Numbered from the stretch's first letter, positions 11,875 through 22,660 are shown. The stretch: 39,752 nucleotides of DNA from Octopus bimaculoides (GCF_001194135.2 NC_068999.1:41090097-41129848), one strand, 5' to 3'. The notes: generated from the letters alone by a model not told the origin. Made by a program: numbers and translations.

Positions 11875-12671
11875 CGTATTCATAAATATAAACATTTATA
11901 CACATATATAGATACATACATACATAAATTAAAAACGTAAAAATAAAAACAGAACACAAAGGATTATATATATATGCATATGCATATATGCATATATAGA
12001 TGTATGTATGTTTTTATAAACATAGTAACATGTATACGTGAATAGAAACCGAAGAATGTCGGTTGGTCTTAATCATATGCTTGATCATTGCCCAAAGTAA
12101 AGGCTATACAACAGTAAAACCAAATGACTGCTTTAGCGATAATAATTCAACGTAGGAACACACACACACATTTTTATATATAGTACATAAAATAAGAACG
12201 CTGAAAAACTAACTGCGTTGAATAAAGAACAAGAAATGTATATATACACAATAGATAAAGAAAAGTGAGAGGGTGGGAAAGAGAGAGAGAAAGAGATCTA
12301 CTTAGACAAGTCACTGTATATCTCTGTATCTCTGCATACAAGTTCAGTTACAATTGCTGATTTGCATAAGCCGACATTTGTCAATATGACGAAGGTAGAT
12401 ATGTGATAAAAATGAAGAGAATTTTAATTCATAGACACAGGGGCACGAACACACTCAAACATTTCACACTTATACACAGACTCGTGTGTTTCTTAGAAAA
12501 GAAAAGATAGGTTTTTATTATGTGTTCGCATTTTCCTTTTACATTTTTTCTTTCCATTTTGTTGAATATGTCTGCTGTGTGTTTATTTGATCGTATGTGT
12601 ATGAGTNNNNNNNNNNATACACACAATTACGTATGCATATGTACGTATAGGTGTGTGTGAATATACGTATA

Positions 12672-12705
<34 letters not shown>

Positions 12706-12764
12706 CAGAGAGAGAGCGAGAGATGCGAATACTGTAAAAGATTGCACAAGTGTGTGCGCAGATG

Positions 12765-12800
<36 letters not shown>

Positions 12801-13643
12801 CTGGAAAACGTGTTTGTGCATACATATCTATGTACGTACGAACGTATATGTATGTATGTGTGTGTTGTCTGTTTCTTTATCTGAGTAAAATGCGTAGTGT
12901 TGTTTTTTTTGTGTGTTTCTTGTGATGCTGTGATGTCTATGCATCAACGAATGCTTTCTTCCGTCTTGAAATACAATAAACAAACATGACATGTGCACAA
13001 ATGCAAAAGGCGTGTATATATATGTATATGTATGAGCTGTATCCTTCAAATCTTTCAGCACTCATTAATCAGTCTAGATTCTCATTGCATTTACTAGGCT
13101 CTACAAGGATGGTGTTCTGTCTCAGACAACTTCTTTTTAATCTGTGTCTACCTTCAATACTTTGTCGCTGGTGTCTCGCAAGAAGAAATCCTATTACACT
13201 CTCTGTTTTAATTGCTACCTGACTATTTACTTGGATGAAACGATGGATTTTAATACGTAATCTCTCAACACACTTTGTGTCGCGTGAAAGAAACTATGAA
13301 CACAGTGTATTTATAGACGTGTAGATGGTTCTTTTAATAGGTATGGCACTCAAACTCCTACTGCATGTATTAGCTTAATATTATAAGCACTATATTCTAG
13401 TAGGCGTCTAGATATTTCTGTAATTCCAATATTTCAACAGTTCTTTGATGGACATCATAGAATCTATAGCCTCAAGTTTATAATTAATGTCAAGATGACT
13501 CTAAAATAATAAATCTATTCGAATGTCCTCCTCCGGGATTTGACAGAATCAGTAACATCTTTGCTCTAGTATTCTATTATCTCCGTGGCATTGATCTTTT
13601 AATGTTAATATATCCAACAGTCTTCCTACGACATACAACAGAG

Positions 13644-13838
13644 CAGTGATTCTCAACCGGAGTCCATATAAAATTTTGTAGTGAAAATTTATTGGTAATG
13701 AATTGGATGTACATCTACAATACTCAAAATATTTTAACAATTTTTTATACAATTCCAAGAAATATTAAATTATAAAGCTATAATAACAATCGAATAGCTA
13801 GGAGGGTTCATAGGTAAAAGAATGGGAGAGAAACACTT
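13644..13838. mobile_element. Probable hAT-type MITE
   Basis: Left end CAGTGATTCTCAACC; the reverse complement of the right end reads AAGTGTTTCTCTCCC (11 of 15 match). CAGTG.TTCTCAA is a typical hAT/Charlie terminus. AT-rich interior; no 8-bp TSD recognisable. Confidence 0.45.
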
Positions 13839-13999
13839 CGATAGTTTCCCATTGCAGCTCTAGTATTATTAGTGCCTTTGAAGTGCCTTTACACTGTTCT
13901 TCAGTTCGCAGGTCTCCAACATTCATATGGAAGCACTTGATAAAGACTACAACGTCTGTATGCTGATAATACAGCTCTATATTTAAGAGATGAGGAATT

Positions 14000-14113
14000 A
14001 TGTGCATTATTTACATTTGACGGATATTTGTCCTCATCTTGTTTGTTGTTAGCACAACGTTTCGGCTGATATACTTTCCAGCCTTCATCAGGTGTCTTGG
14101 TGACATTTCGAAC
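14000..14113 (-). mobile_element. Penelope-like element 3' terminal fragment
   Basis: Contains a minimal hammerhead motif followed on the minus strand by AACAACAAACAAGATGAGGACAAATATCCGTCAAATGTAAATAAT, the layout expected of PLE terminal repeats. Confidence 0.6.
14053..14094 (-). ncRNA. Minimal type I hammerhead ribozyme motif, canonical core
   Basis: Minus strand: CAC-CTGATGA-A-GGCTG-gaaagtatat-CAGCC-GAAA-CGTT-GTG. Stem I CAC/GTG, core CUGAUGA, 5-bp stem II, GAAA, palindromic ACGT stem III, GUU cleavage triplet. Confidence 0.8.
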
Positions 14114-15145
14114 TTGATTGTTGTATAGATAGTTGTATATATTCTAGTTACGCTTGTAATCAGAAGTCCTGCTAAAGGACTTTCTAGGATATGGTGGCTA
14201 TTATTGTTGCTGAAACAACAGCCAGTGAGTCACACAAATCTGGAAATAATGAGTGGCTGCATTTTTTTTTTTCGCTGTATTTGACGTGGTGAACCGTCGT
14301 TACAATTTTAAAAGACTGTGAAATAAATATAATTGTAGCTGAATAATTTATCCTCAAGAAAAGGCGCTGGAAAAATTCCTTCTAACTCTTTCTTAGATGA
14401 TAAACAACATATGGCAGCACGAGGTTTTGAGAGGAGGGAGATTTGGAAAGAGAGAGAGCGAGAGAAAAAAGAGAGAGAGAGAGACATAGATGAGAAAGGA
14501 AACGACAGATGATGAAAAAGAGAAAATAAAGTATCAAAGAACGTGAGAGCAATCGAGAGAAAACAAGAAGAAAAAAGGGAAAAAACTGTAAAGATAAAAA
14601 GAAATCGCCTGTTGGTAAGATAGGAGGCCACCAACTGATAATTGATTTAAAGGTTTGTTGGTTTACAGTTGAGAAGAGAAAGAAGCGGTGAATAGGATAT
14701 ATTTTGTTTCCGGTGTATTAATTATAATAATAACTATTGACTAGGCTTTGGGGATGTAGGAACGAAAGAACAGGAAAGATTAGAAAATCTCGTACCAAAT
14801 ATCAATGAATTTCCGCAGAAATTTGTAAAGATATCACTGAGATACTAATTAGACAAGTTCCGAGAATTGAATACGGAAAAATGGAAAGAAAACTAGAAAA
14901 CACTCTGCGTTTCTTTGTTTGTTTGGTTGGTTGTTTGTTTATGTCCTTTTTCCTTTCAATTGTTTAATTATTTTTATTGTTTAGCAAGAAGCTGAGGGCT
15001 TTTGTTTCCTTTCCCGTATTTTAATTCTTGTTTATTCTCAACTATATCATCATCATTACCATCATGTTCATCATCATCATCATCGTTACTATTATTATTA
15101 TTATTATTATTATTATTGTCGTCGTCGTTGTTGTTGTTGTTGTTG

Positions 15146-15356
15146 AAGCTGCAAGCTTGCAGAATTGTTGGTGCGTTGGGGAAATGCTTGGCTGTATTTC
15201 GTCTGTGTTTACGTTCTGAGTTCAAATTCCACCGAGGTCGATTTGGCCGTTCATTCTTTGAGGGTCTATAAAGTAAATACCAGTCAAGTACTGGGGTCGA
15301 TGTAACCTACTAACCGCTCTTCCGAAACGTCAGGACTTGTGCCTACAGTACGAAGG
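15146..15356 (+). mobile_element. SINE family A, full length
   Basis: GCAAGCTTGCAGAATTGTT...ATTTCGTCTGTGTTTACGTTCTGAGTTCAAATTCCACCGAGGTCGA...CTGGGGTCGATGTAA...CTTGTGCCTACAGTACGAAGG. Confidence 0.85.
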
Positions 15357-15425
15357 TAACGAGCTAGCCGAATCGTTAGCACGCCGGACAAGAATGCGTA
15401 GTCGTATTTCGTCTCGCTCTGCATT
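15357..15425 (+). mobile_element. SINE family A, 5' head only, directly tandem to the previous copy
   Basis: AACGAGCTAGCCGAATCGTTAGCACGCCGGACAAGAATGCGTAGTCGTATTTCGTC matches the family A head; stops before the B-box. Confidence 0.75.
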
Positions 15426-17435
15426 CACTCTAACCTATATTGAACCTTTGAACCTTTTACTTCCAACACACAATTCTTATATTTTCTCTATGCTCTTATT
15501 CTTCTTATTCTTTCTCGATACCTTTTCAATTCGCCCAGTTGGTGGCAATTCCCATCTGATAAATACAAAACTCGTCATCTAGAATATAGCCAGCGGCTAA
15601 CCACACTCTGTCATCTGGACAGGTGATTGGTAGAAATAACGTTTACTGGAAAATACTATTCACTCATCATTTGTAATTGTTTAAGAGAAATTTATAGCAG
15701 GTGAGTGACTCGTAGCTGTAGTAATGGACTCGATAAGATTCTCAACGAGAAAATGAAGTCTCAGTAATATTTTCAAGGGGGAATTCAAGTGTGGAGGTAT
15801 GGGTAATTTACGTTAAGCTTCCAGCATAACAGGGGGGCTTTGTATAGATGTTATGAGCATCACCAGTCACTGAATTTGTCTGATACATGCACTTGTCGGG
15901 GAAGAGGGAATGGGATGACTGTTTGAACGACTGACTGGACATGGAGTCTGTTTTAGCAAAATTATATTTTTGAGCTGAAGGCAAACATAAATGTGCACGC
16001 ATAGGATTGTAGATATCAAAAGGGAGAGAGAGAGAGACGTTACGTTTTATTCATTGAACAAGGTTGATATAGACACTCTCCTTCTGCACATATACATATA
16101 CATGGAAAAGCAGATAAGCACACACAAATATTCACGCATACACACAGAAGAAATGTGTGAGTGAGAGGGAGAACTAACGAAACATTAAAGCAACTAATGT
16201 GAAGTAAGTCAGCGTCGAATCAGTGGCACCAAATAGGCGGCGCTAAGACGGCCGTGCCAAAACATTTTGTATCTAGCGAAGGAAGTTTTGCAGAAGATAA
16301 TGAATAGCTGTGTAATCACGGTATTCTTCCTGACTGGGAAAGCTCTCATTACCATCTTCATATGCTACGTGACGAAGAAGGCGCTACCTTGAAATATATT
16401 TTATTGAAGGTGGAAGAGACTCGCACCATCACCAAAGCTCAGTGAACGCCACCATCAAAGCCATTATATTTTGGCAACAAGATATAGCGTTTGTATAGAA
16501 TTTCACGCGGATCAGCCTGTGTGTTTATCCAGGCACATCTGAGAGATAATTTCGTGTTCTTATCAAATCGCTCTATAGCGCTATTCGTAATTATTTATTA
16601 ATGTATAGTATCATTGTTGATTATTAATTAATGTGTCTTCATTGTTTTGTTAATAACATCTTTGTACTTGACGTAGATCCCCAACTGTTTATTGTTTGTT
16701 GTTTTCATTTATGTTTCGTCTTTGATCCACCTCCAACGTCTTGGGCCCCTGTGACCAATAAAGGAACTCATTATTAGTATTTGCATAACGGTTTAATAAT
16801 CTTCTTTATAATAATTAATATCAACGTCACCATCATCACTAATGTTCGTAGTTCTTCTGTCACTATAATTATTTAGTTATATATTGGTTTCACTGTTTGT
16901 TTTTCTATTTTTTTTTCTTCATTGTATGTGGTTTCGATATAATTACAAAAACACAACAGGGTCTGTAAATCTCGTTGCCAGCGGGCTCAAGTATTACGGA
17001 TGTGAATCACCGCACACTGGGAGAAAATAATAGATAGTAGACGGGGAGATGTAATGGGAAACAACGATGTGTGAAGAATTAAAGAGCAAAAATAAAATAT
17101 ATTAAAAGGAAATAACATAAATACAATAAGGAAGTAACATAAGATTGAAAATCTAAGATTCCTGCTGTGGTAAAGAAACAGAGATGCGAAGTGCGTGAGT
17201 GGGGGTAGGGGTATAATAGGGAGGAGGTAGTAAGAAGGTTGTTAAATGGAGGAGAGAGAGATTAACGGAAGAGCATTTGGAGTACAGAGGTGATGTGAAA
17301 GCAAACGATAACGTGGAAGAAAATATCAAGAAAGACTAAGAGCAGAGGGGGAAACATGATAAATGGGTTTTGGAGTGAAAAGTTCGATATAGACGCTGGA
17401 AGAAAGTACAAAAGAAGTATTTATATAAGGTTATG

Positions 17436-17568
17436 TCTTTTTTCTTTTGTTTGTTGGACTACGGCCATGCTAGAGCATTGTTATGAAATGATTATTCGAA
17501 GAAATCGATCTGGTACTCATTATTGGGACTGGTATTTTTTTGATCGAACGCGTTTTGCCAAACCACTT
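17436..17568 (-). mobile_element. SINE family B, 3' part
   Basis: TCTTTT...GACTACGGCCATGCTAGAGCA...TCGAAGAAATCGAT...TTTTGCCAAACC aligns with 31817-31960 and with the reverse complement of 19800-19916. Confidence 0.65.
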
Positions 17569-17603
17569 GGAGGTGGTTGGGTAGGGGCGAACGGAAAAAT
17601 AAA

Positions 17604-17820
17604 CTGACACAGGTGGCAGAACCGTCACCATATCGGGGGAAATGCGTAGCGGTATTTCGTCTGTCTTCACGTTCCGAGTTCAAATTCTACCGGGTTGACT
17701 CTGCCTTTCATCCTTTCAGGGTTGACCAATTAAGTACCCGTGAAACACTGGGGTCGATGTAATCGACTGGTCCCCACCTCCCAAATTTCAGACTTTATGC
17801 CTATATTAGAAGAAAATTAT
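17604..17820 (+). mobile_element. SINE family A, full length with (ATT)n tail
   Basis: CAGGTGGCAGAACCGT...GCGTAGCGGTATTTCGTCTGTCTTCACGTTCCGAGTTCAAATTC...CTTTCATCCTTTCAGGG...CTGGGGTCGATGTAATCGACT...ATGCCTATATTAGAAG then ATT repeats. Confidence 0.85.
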
Positions 17821-18519
17821 TATTAATGTTATTATTAAAACTACTACTATTATTATTATTACTACTACTACTAGTAGTAGTAGTAGTAGTAGTCTCATCG
17901 TGATTTACTTCATTAGTATTTTTAAGTGTAATGTTACCATTATTATAATTATTGTTAGCATAGCTAAATGCATGGGAACTTTTAATGATTCAGCGGCGAT
18001 AAATTTCTAAATAAATGTAAAATGGATACCAAATGACGTCGTTGTTGTCATCGTCATCATCATCATCATCATAATCATTATCATTCAAACTGTTCTTGGT
18101 GTTATGATACTTCTTTCATCATCATCATCAGCAGCAGCAGCAGTAAATACCTATCTCTTTACATTCAAGTATATGAAAGACCTATTGTTTGGTGCTTTAA
18201 TTAGTCCTTGTAATGTGTCCACACCTATCGCCCTTGAGGCAAACAAAGATTTTTTTTATCATCATCATCACTATCATCTTTCTGCTTTTTTTTTCTTTCT
18301 GTTTCGTTCTTGGAAAGATTTTATTACTTTTGGGCAATTTTTTTACACCATTTTCTTATTTCAATATTTGTTTTTCCTGTTATCCTGTTACATCCGTTTA
18401 TCATTACAGAGAATGAAGTGTGTGTGTGTGTGTGCGTGTGTGTGTGTGTGTATGCTTGATTTATGTGTATCTTTAGGGCTGTTGTTGTAGCTTTTGTTAT
18501 ATAAAATCATATGAATATG

Positions 18520-18860
18520 ATTTCATTAATATTTTCACCATCTTCATCAGCATCATCATCATAATAATCGTAATCAGTGGTGCCATCATCATCATTACCA
18601 TGTTGATTATTATCACCCACATCATCATCATCATCACCAACATCATCATCATCATCATTATCATCACCACCATCATCATCACTATTATCATCATCATCAT
18701 TATTATCATCATGGTAATCATCGTTACGCTCATCATGGTCATCGTCGTAGTCATCAGCAACACCATCATCTTTACATCGTAATTATCATCAACGTATCCA
18801 TTACAATCATAGCCAACATCTTCACTTGCATCATTATCATTACCAATATTGTAATTATAA
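18520..18860. repeat. Long degenerate (CAT)n tract
   Basis: ATC/ATT/ACC triplets over about 340 bp; source of the poly-M and poly-I pseudo-ORFs. Confidence 0.9.
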
Positions 18861-19351
18861 TATTGTTGTCGCCATTGTTTGAATTTTTATGACTTTTTTG
18901 TTTACTTTCTTTATTCTTTCATCTCATCTAATTCAAAGGAAAACACGGATTTCATTATTGTAAAGTTCATGTCACAGAAAAATAACTAAAGAATTTAAGT
19001 AAAGGGTTGTTATTGACCCCTAAAGCGAAAAATCTAATTAAAATGTGATTAGAATAAAAGTTAGGATATCTTCCCCTAGCAATTCCCAGAGTTCCCTTCA
19101 TGTTTAATTTTGAAGAAGAAAATAGGACAAAATATAGAAATTATAAATATATGCATAAAAAATTTTACAGAAACTATAACAAACAATGTTAAAATTGTAT
19201 GGAATTTTGAATGAATAATGGTTGTTTTTTCGCACTATTAAAATTTAATTCTATGGCGTTGTGGTTCGAGGATACATTTTGTAGTGTCCGATTCTGTATC
19301 GCAATTTCGATTCCGGATCAGACGCCCAACATCGGTGACTCGAGTTAAAAA

Positions 19352-19491
19352 TTGGTTTCAAATTTTGGCACTCGACCACCAGTTTTCTAGGGAAGAGACA
19401 AGTCAATTTCATCGACCACAGTATGTCCCTGGTACTTTTATATAAACCTCCGAAAAGATGAAAAACAAAGAGGATTTCGGCAGTATTTGAA
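19352..19491 (-). mobile_element. SINE family A, 5'-truncated
   Basis: TTGGTTTCAAATTTTGGCAC...CATCGACCACAGT...CTGGTACTTTTA...GAAAAGATGAA...TTTGAA parallels 6751-6890. Confidence 0.75.
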
Positions 19492-19548
19492 TAGCTTTAA
19501 TCTTCTTTTAGAAAAAATTAATGGGATCAAAAACACGAAAAGTTTAAA

Positions 19549-19691
19549 AGGTGTAGCTATGTGGTTAAGAGCCTCGCTATGCAACCATGAGGCTTCAGGT
19601 TCAGTCCAGCTGCACGGTATCTTTGCCCAATGTCTTCTGCTATAGCCTGGAGTCGACCAATGCCTTGTAGATAAATTTGGTAGACGGTAAC

Positions 19692-19743
<52 letters not shown>

Positions 19744-19916
19744 GCTACCACCATTACTTGATAACTGCTGTTGGTTCGTTTACGTCCGGCCAAATAATAG
19801 AACAAGAAACATACTTGAATATAAGTACCCGATTCGATTTGTTCGATTACAGTCTTTCAAGGTGGTGCCCTAGGATGGCCAGAGTCTAATGATTGAAACT
19901 AAAATAAAAGAAAAAG
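19549..19916 (+). mobile_element. tRNA-headed SINE, family B, full length with internal (GT)n
   Basis: Head GTAGCTATGTGGTTAAG (A-box-like) and GGTTCAGTCC (B-box-like); then TTTGCCCAATGTCTTCTGCTATAGCC (reminiscent of the CORE block CCTTGGGCAAGT), TTTGGTAGACGG, (GT)n, and 3' GGTGCCCTAGGATGGCC..GTC..ATGATTGAAACTAAAATAAAAG. Confidence 0.8.
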
Positions 19917-20070
19917 ACGAAATAGCTGAATATTTTTTTCGTGTAGCGAGAAACTCTGATAAACAACGAAATGAACCGCTTCGTCCAAATATATCTGTGT
20001 TTTGTACAGCTTTTATAATGTCTAATTAACAAAACTTGTCACGGCGGCGCTCTTATGACTCCATCAGAAT

Positions 20071-20161
20071 AGGAAGAAATGAAAGAATGAAGGAAGGAAT
20101 GAATGAAAGAAGGAAGGAATGAAAGAAGGAAGGAAGGAAAGAAGGAAGGAAGGAAGGAAGG
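20071..20161. repeat. (GGAA)n/(GAAT)n purine-rich tract
   Basis: Direct reading. Confidence 0.9.
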
Positions 20162-20639
20162 CAAGAGTAGTAGGCGTAGGAGTCGTTGTTGTTATTTTAC
20201 GCTAGGGCCACCAGCCATGATCGAACCGGTACATGATTAAACACATTTCAGGGGTAAGGGCCTCGTCTTTTCCCTATGTGTTTGAAACCCAAGTATATTT
20301 TACTGGAGGTGTTCTTCCTTTGTACGGCGGAATGGTATACGTTGATAAAGATTCGCTTACTATTTCTAGCAGACCGATCAACCACGTAGGAAGATTCTTT
20401 GTTACCTCGTTACATCAATAGTAGTTGTTGCTCTAGTAGAATGGGGGACAGCGAGGGAAGAGGGTCTGGAAGTGAGAAAGAAATACGATAGAAAGAAATC
20501 CTCCCATTGCTAATGTAATGACACGACCAACGCGCAATAAATTATTCAGACTGAGACACAGGAAAGAACACCAAGATTCCGAGAATGACTCTAGTTTTTT
20601 AATTATTTTTATTAGGAAAAAACAAATTTCTAACATGAA

Positions 20640-20962
20640 TACAAATTAGTATCAATGTCATTATCATCAGCATCATCATCATCACCGTTATCATCATTAT
20701 CATCATCAATATAAACAGCGTAGTCATCGGCTTCATCGTCATCACTAATCGTGCCTGCGCGGGCAGCCACAACCCATAGCCGTTGCTCTTCATAATACCC
20801 ACAGCATCAGCATCAACATAGCCGTTGTCATTGACTTTGATTTTCATTTTTTTATTATATCCATCACCATCACTATTATCATCATCATCATCATCGTCAT
20901 TATTATTATTATTATTAGTGGTAGTGGTAGTAGTAGTAGTAGCAGTAGCAGTAGTAGTAGTA
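20640..20962. repeat. Compound (CAT)n-(TAT)n-(TAG)n trinucleotide region
   Basis: Direct reading; ends at the head of a SINE. Confidence 0.85.
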
Positions 20963-21180
20963 GGGCGGCGAGCTGGCAGAATCTTAGAACGCTGGACGAA
21001 ATGCTTCACGGTAATTCACCCGTTCCTACGTTCTGAGTTCAAAATCCGCTGACGTCAACTTTGCTTTTAATCCTTTTGGGGTCGATAAATTACATACCAG
21101 TAGAACACTGGGGTCAATGTAATCGACTTATCTCTTTCCACCAAATTTCACGCATTGTGCTTATAGTAGAAAGGATTATT
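20963..21180 (+). mobile_element. SINE family A, full length
   Basis: GGGCGGCGAGCTGGCAGAATCTTAGAACGCTGGACGAAATGC...GTTCTGAGTTCAAAATCC...TTTTGGGGTCGATAAATT...CTGGGGTCAATGTAATCGACTT...GTGCTTATAGTAGAAAGG then (ATT)n. Confidence 0.9.
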
Positions 21181-21201
21181 ATCATTATTATTATTATTAT
21201 T

Positions 21202-21726
21202 AGTCTTATTTTTATAACGTTCTTTCACTTCACTACCGAGCGCAGCTCTGTGTGCCTTGGGTATGTGCTGTGGTTTGCTCTTATGGTTACTGTATTGAAA
21301 GTGTTTTACGTAGGATGTGTGCAGTGTCCAATAGTGCTATTTTCTGTTTGTTATATATATTTCTTAGTCCTGATGTTTTGTTATGTATTTGTCTGAATAT
21401 TTTTTTATCATACCTAATACGTCCACTATGATAGGAATTGTTTCTGTTTCTAGACTCCACATTCGAGTTATCTCTATTTCCAGGTCTTTTTTTTTTATTT
21501 TGAAAGTTTCTCCATTTCTTTTAGAGAAACGTTGTTATCTGTTGGTATTGATACATCCATTAGGAAGCATTTTTTCTTCATGATCTCTGACAACTCTATC
21601 TGGCCTATCTAGTTCATTGTTTCCTAAATATTTGTATGTCTGGTTTTCGTCTAATTCTCTTATTCCATTTGATTTATCTAATGTGATGTTGCTAATCTTA
21701 ACTAGTTTTCCTCTTTTCAAGGTTGC
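21202..21726 (-). mobile_element. R4/Dong-type non-LTR retrotransposon fragment A (RT end joined to REL endonuclease, 3' UTR, (AAT)n tail)
   Basis: Minus strand: ATLKRGKLVKISNITLDKSNGIRELDENQTYKYLG (late RT, YKYLG motif), then RPDRVVRDHEEK, then after frameshifts KDLEIEITRMWSLETETIPIIVDVLGMIKK...TAHILRKTLSIQ* (stop at 21287-21289). This is the RPD..D/E..K-type REL domain and C-terminus typical of the R4 clade. Confidence 0.85.
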
Positions 21727-21763
21727 TTATTATTATCATTATTATTATTATTATTATTATTAT

Positions 21764-22258
21764 ATATTTGACTTTTGCTATATATTTGTACAAGTTGGCT
21801 CCAAGTGCCACCCAGTGACCTCAAGAGACACGTTAGAAGTTCATGTTAGTGTTATGCCTAGGGTGTCATATATTTGGTTTTGCACATAGTATTGTTCTAG
21901 AGAATGTTTAAGAAAACGTAAGAAAATCATGACCTTGTTTTAAAACTTGAGATTAGATAGACAGTATTTTACGTAGGATATGAGCAGTTCTCATGAGCAT
22001 TATCTTTTGAATTTCTGCCATTTCGGGGTTTCCTGGTATCTAAGCTAGGTAGAAATCAGCTCCTTTTGTTATCATTCCCAGTAAACTTTATGACAACAGG
22101 TATTGTTTTAGTCTTGAGAAATTTTACCAATTTCTATTTCAAGATCTTTATACTTGCTCAGTTTTTGGTAGGTCTTGACAGATACGATTATATCGATTGG
22201 GACAGTCATATCAATGAGGAGGCATGATTTTTGACTGAAGTCTTTCAAATATAACGTC
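21764..22258 (-). mobile_element. R4/Dong-type non-LTR retrotransposon fragment B (5'-truncated, REL endonuclease, 3' UTR, (AAT)n tail)
   Basis: Minus strand: LKDFSQKSCLLIDMTVPIDIIVSVKTYQKLSKYKDLEIEIGK, frameshift, TKTIPVVI, frameshift, LGMITKGADFYLA*IPGNPEMAEIQKIMLMRTAHILRKILSI* (stop at 21953-21955). The 3' UTR differs from fragment A, so a different subfamily. Confidence 0.85.
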
Positions 22259-22299
22259 TTTATCATCATCATCATCATTATTATTATTATTATTATTAC

Positions 22300-22337
22300 T
22301 GCTGGCTTGCTACCAAATATTTGAAACCACTATTATT
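22300..22337 (+). mobile_element. SINE family A, extreme 3' end
   Basis: CTGCTGGCTTGCTACCAAATATTTGAAACCACTATTATT compares with GATGGCCTTGTGCCAAAATTTGAAA (reverse complement of 6752-6776) and the 19352 copy. Confidence 0.5.
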
Positions 22338-22624
22338 GAGTGAGCGAGCAGCATACACCATCAAAGCGACGCTGGGGTACATCAGGGACATGTATCCCAA
22401 GTAGTAGTGGTGGTGGTGGTGGTAGTAGTAAGATGACGATGGAGCTGATTACCATTATTATGATGATGATATTCAAATGATAGTACGTTAGAAATTATGT
22501 GGTTGATGTTGTTATTATAATTATTTTATCATTACTTTTAATTACTATTATTAATATTATTATGGTTGTTATTATTAATATTGTTATTATTACAATTTTA
22601 ATAATCGCTAATATTATTATCGTG

Positions 22625-22660
<36 letters not shown>

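Noticed and set aside
13880-13995. LYADNTALY reading resembling the RT YADD motif
   Set aside because: Stops lie immediately upstream in frame and the preceding QG..LGP motif is not convincingly present; may be an ancient LINE scrap but is unsupported.
14745-14830. Possible exon FGDVGTKEQERLENLVPNINEFPQKF
   Set aside because: Weak acceptor and donor, and no recognisable homology.
18497-18782. Met-rich and Ile/His-rich ORFs suggesting a metal-binding protein
   Set aside because: Pure consequence of a degenerate (CAT)n tract read in different frames.
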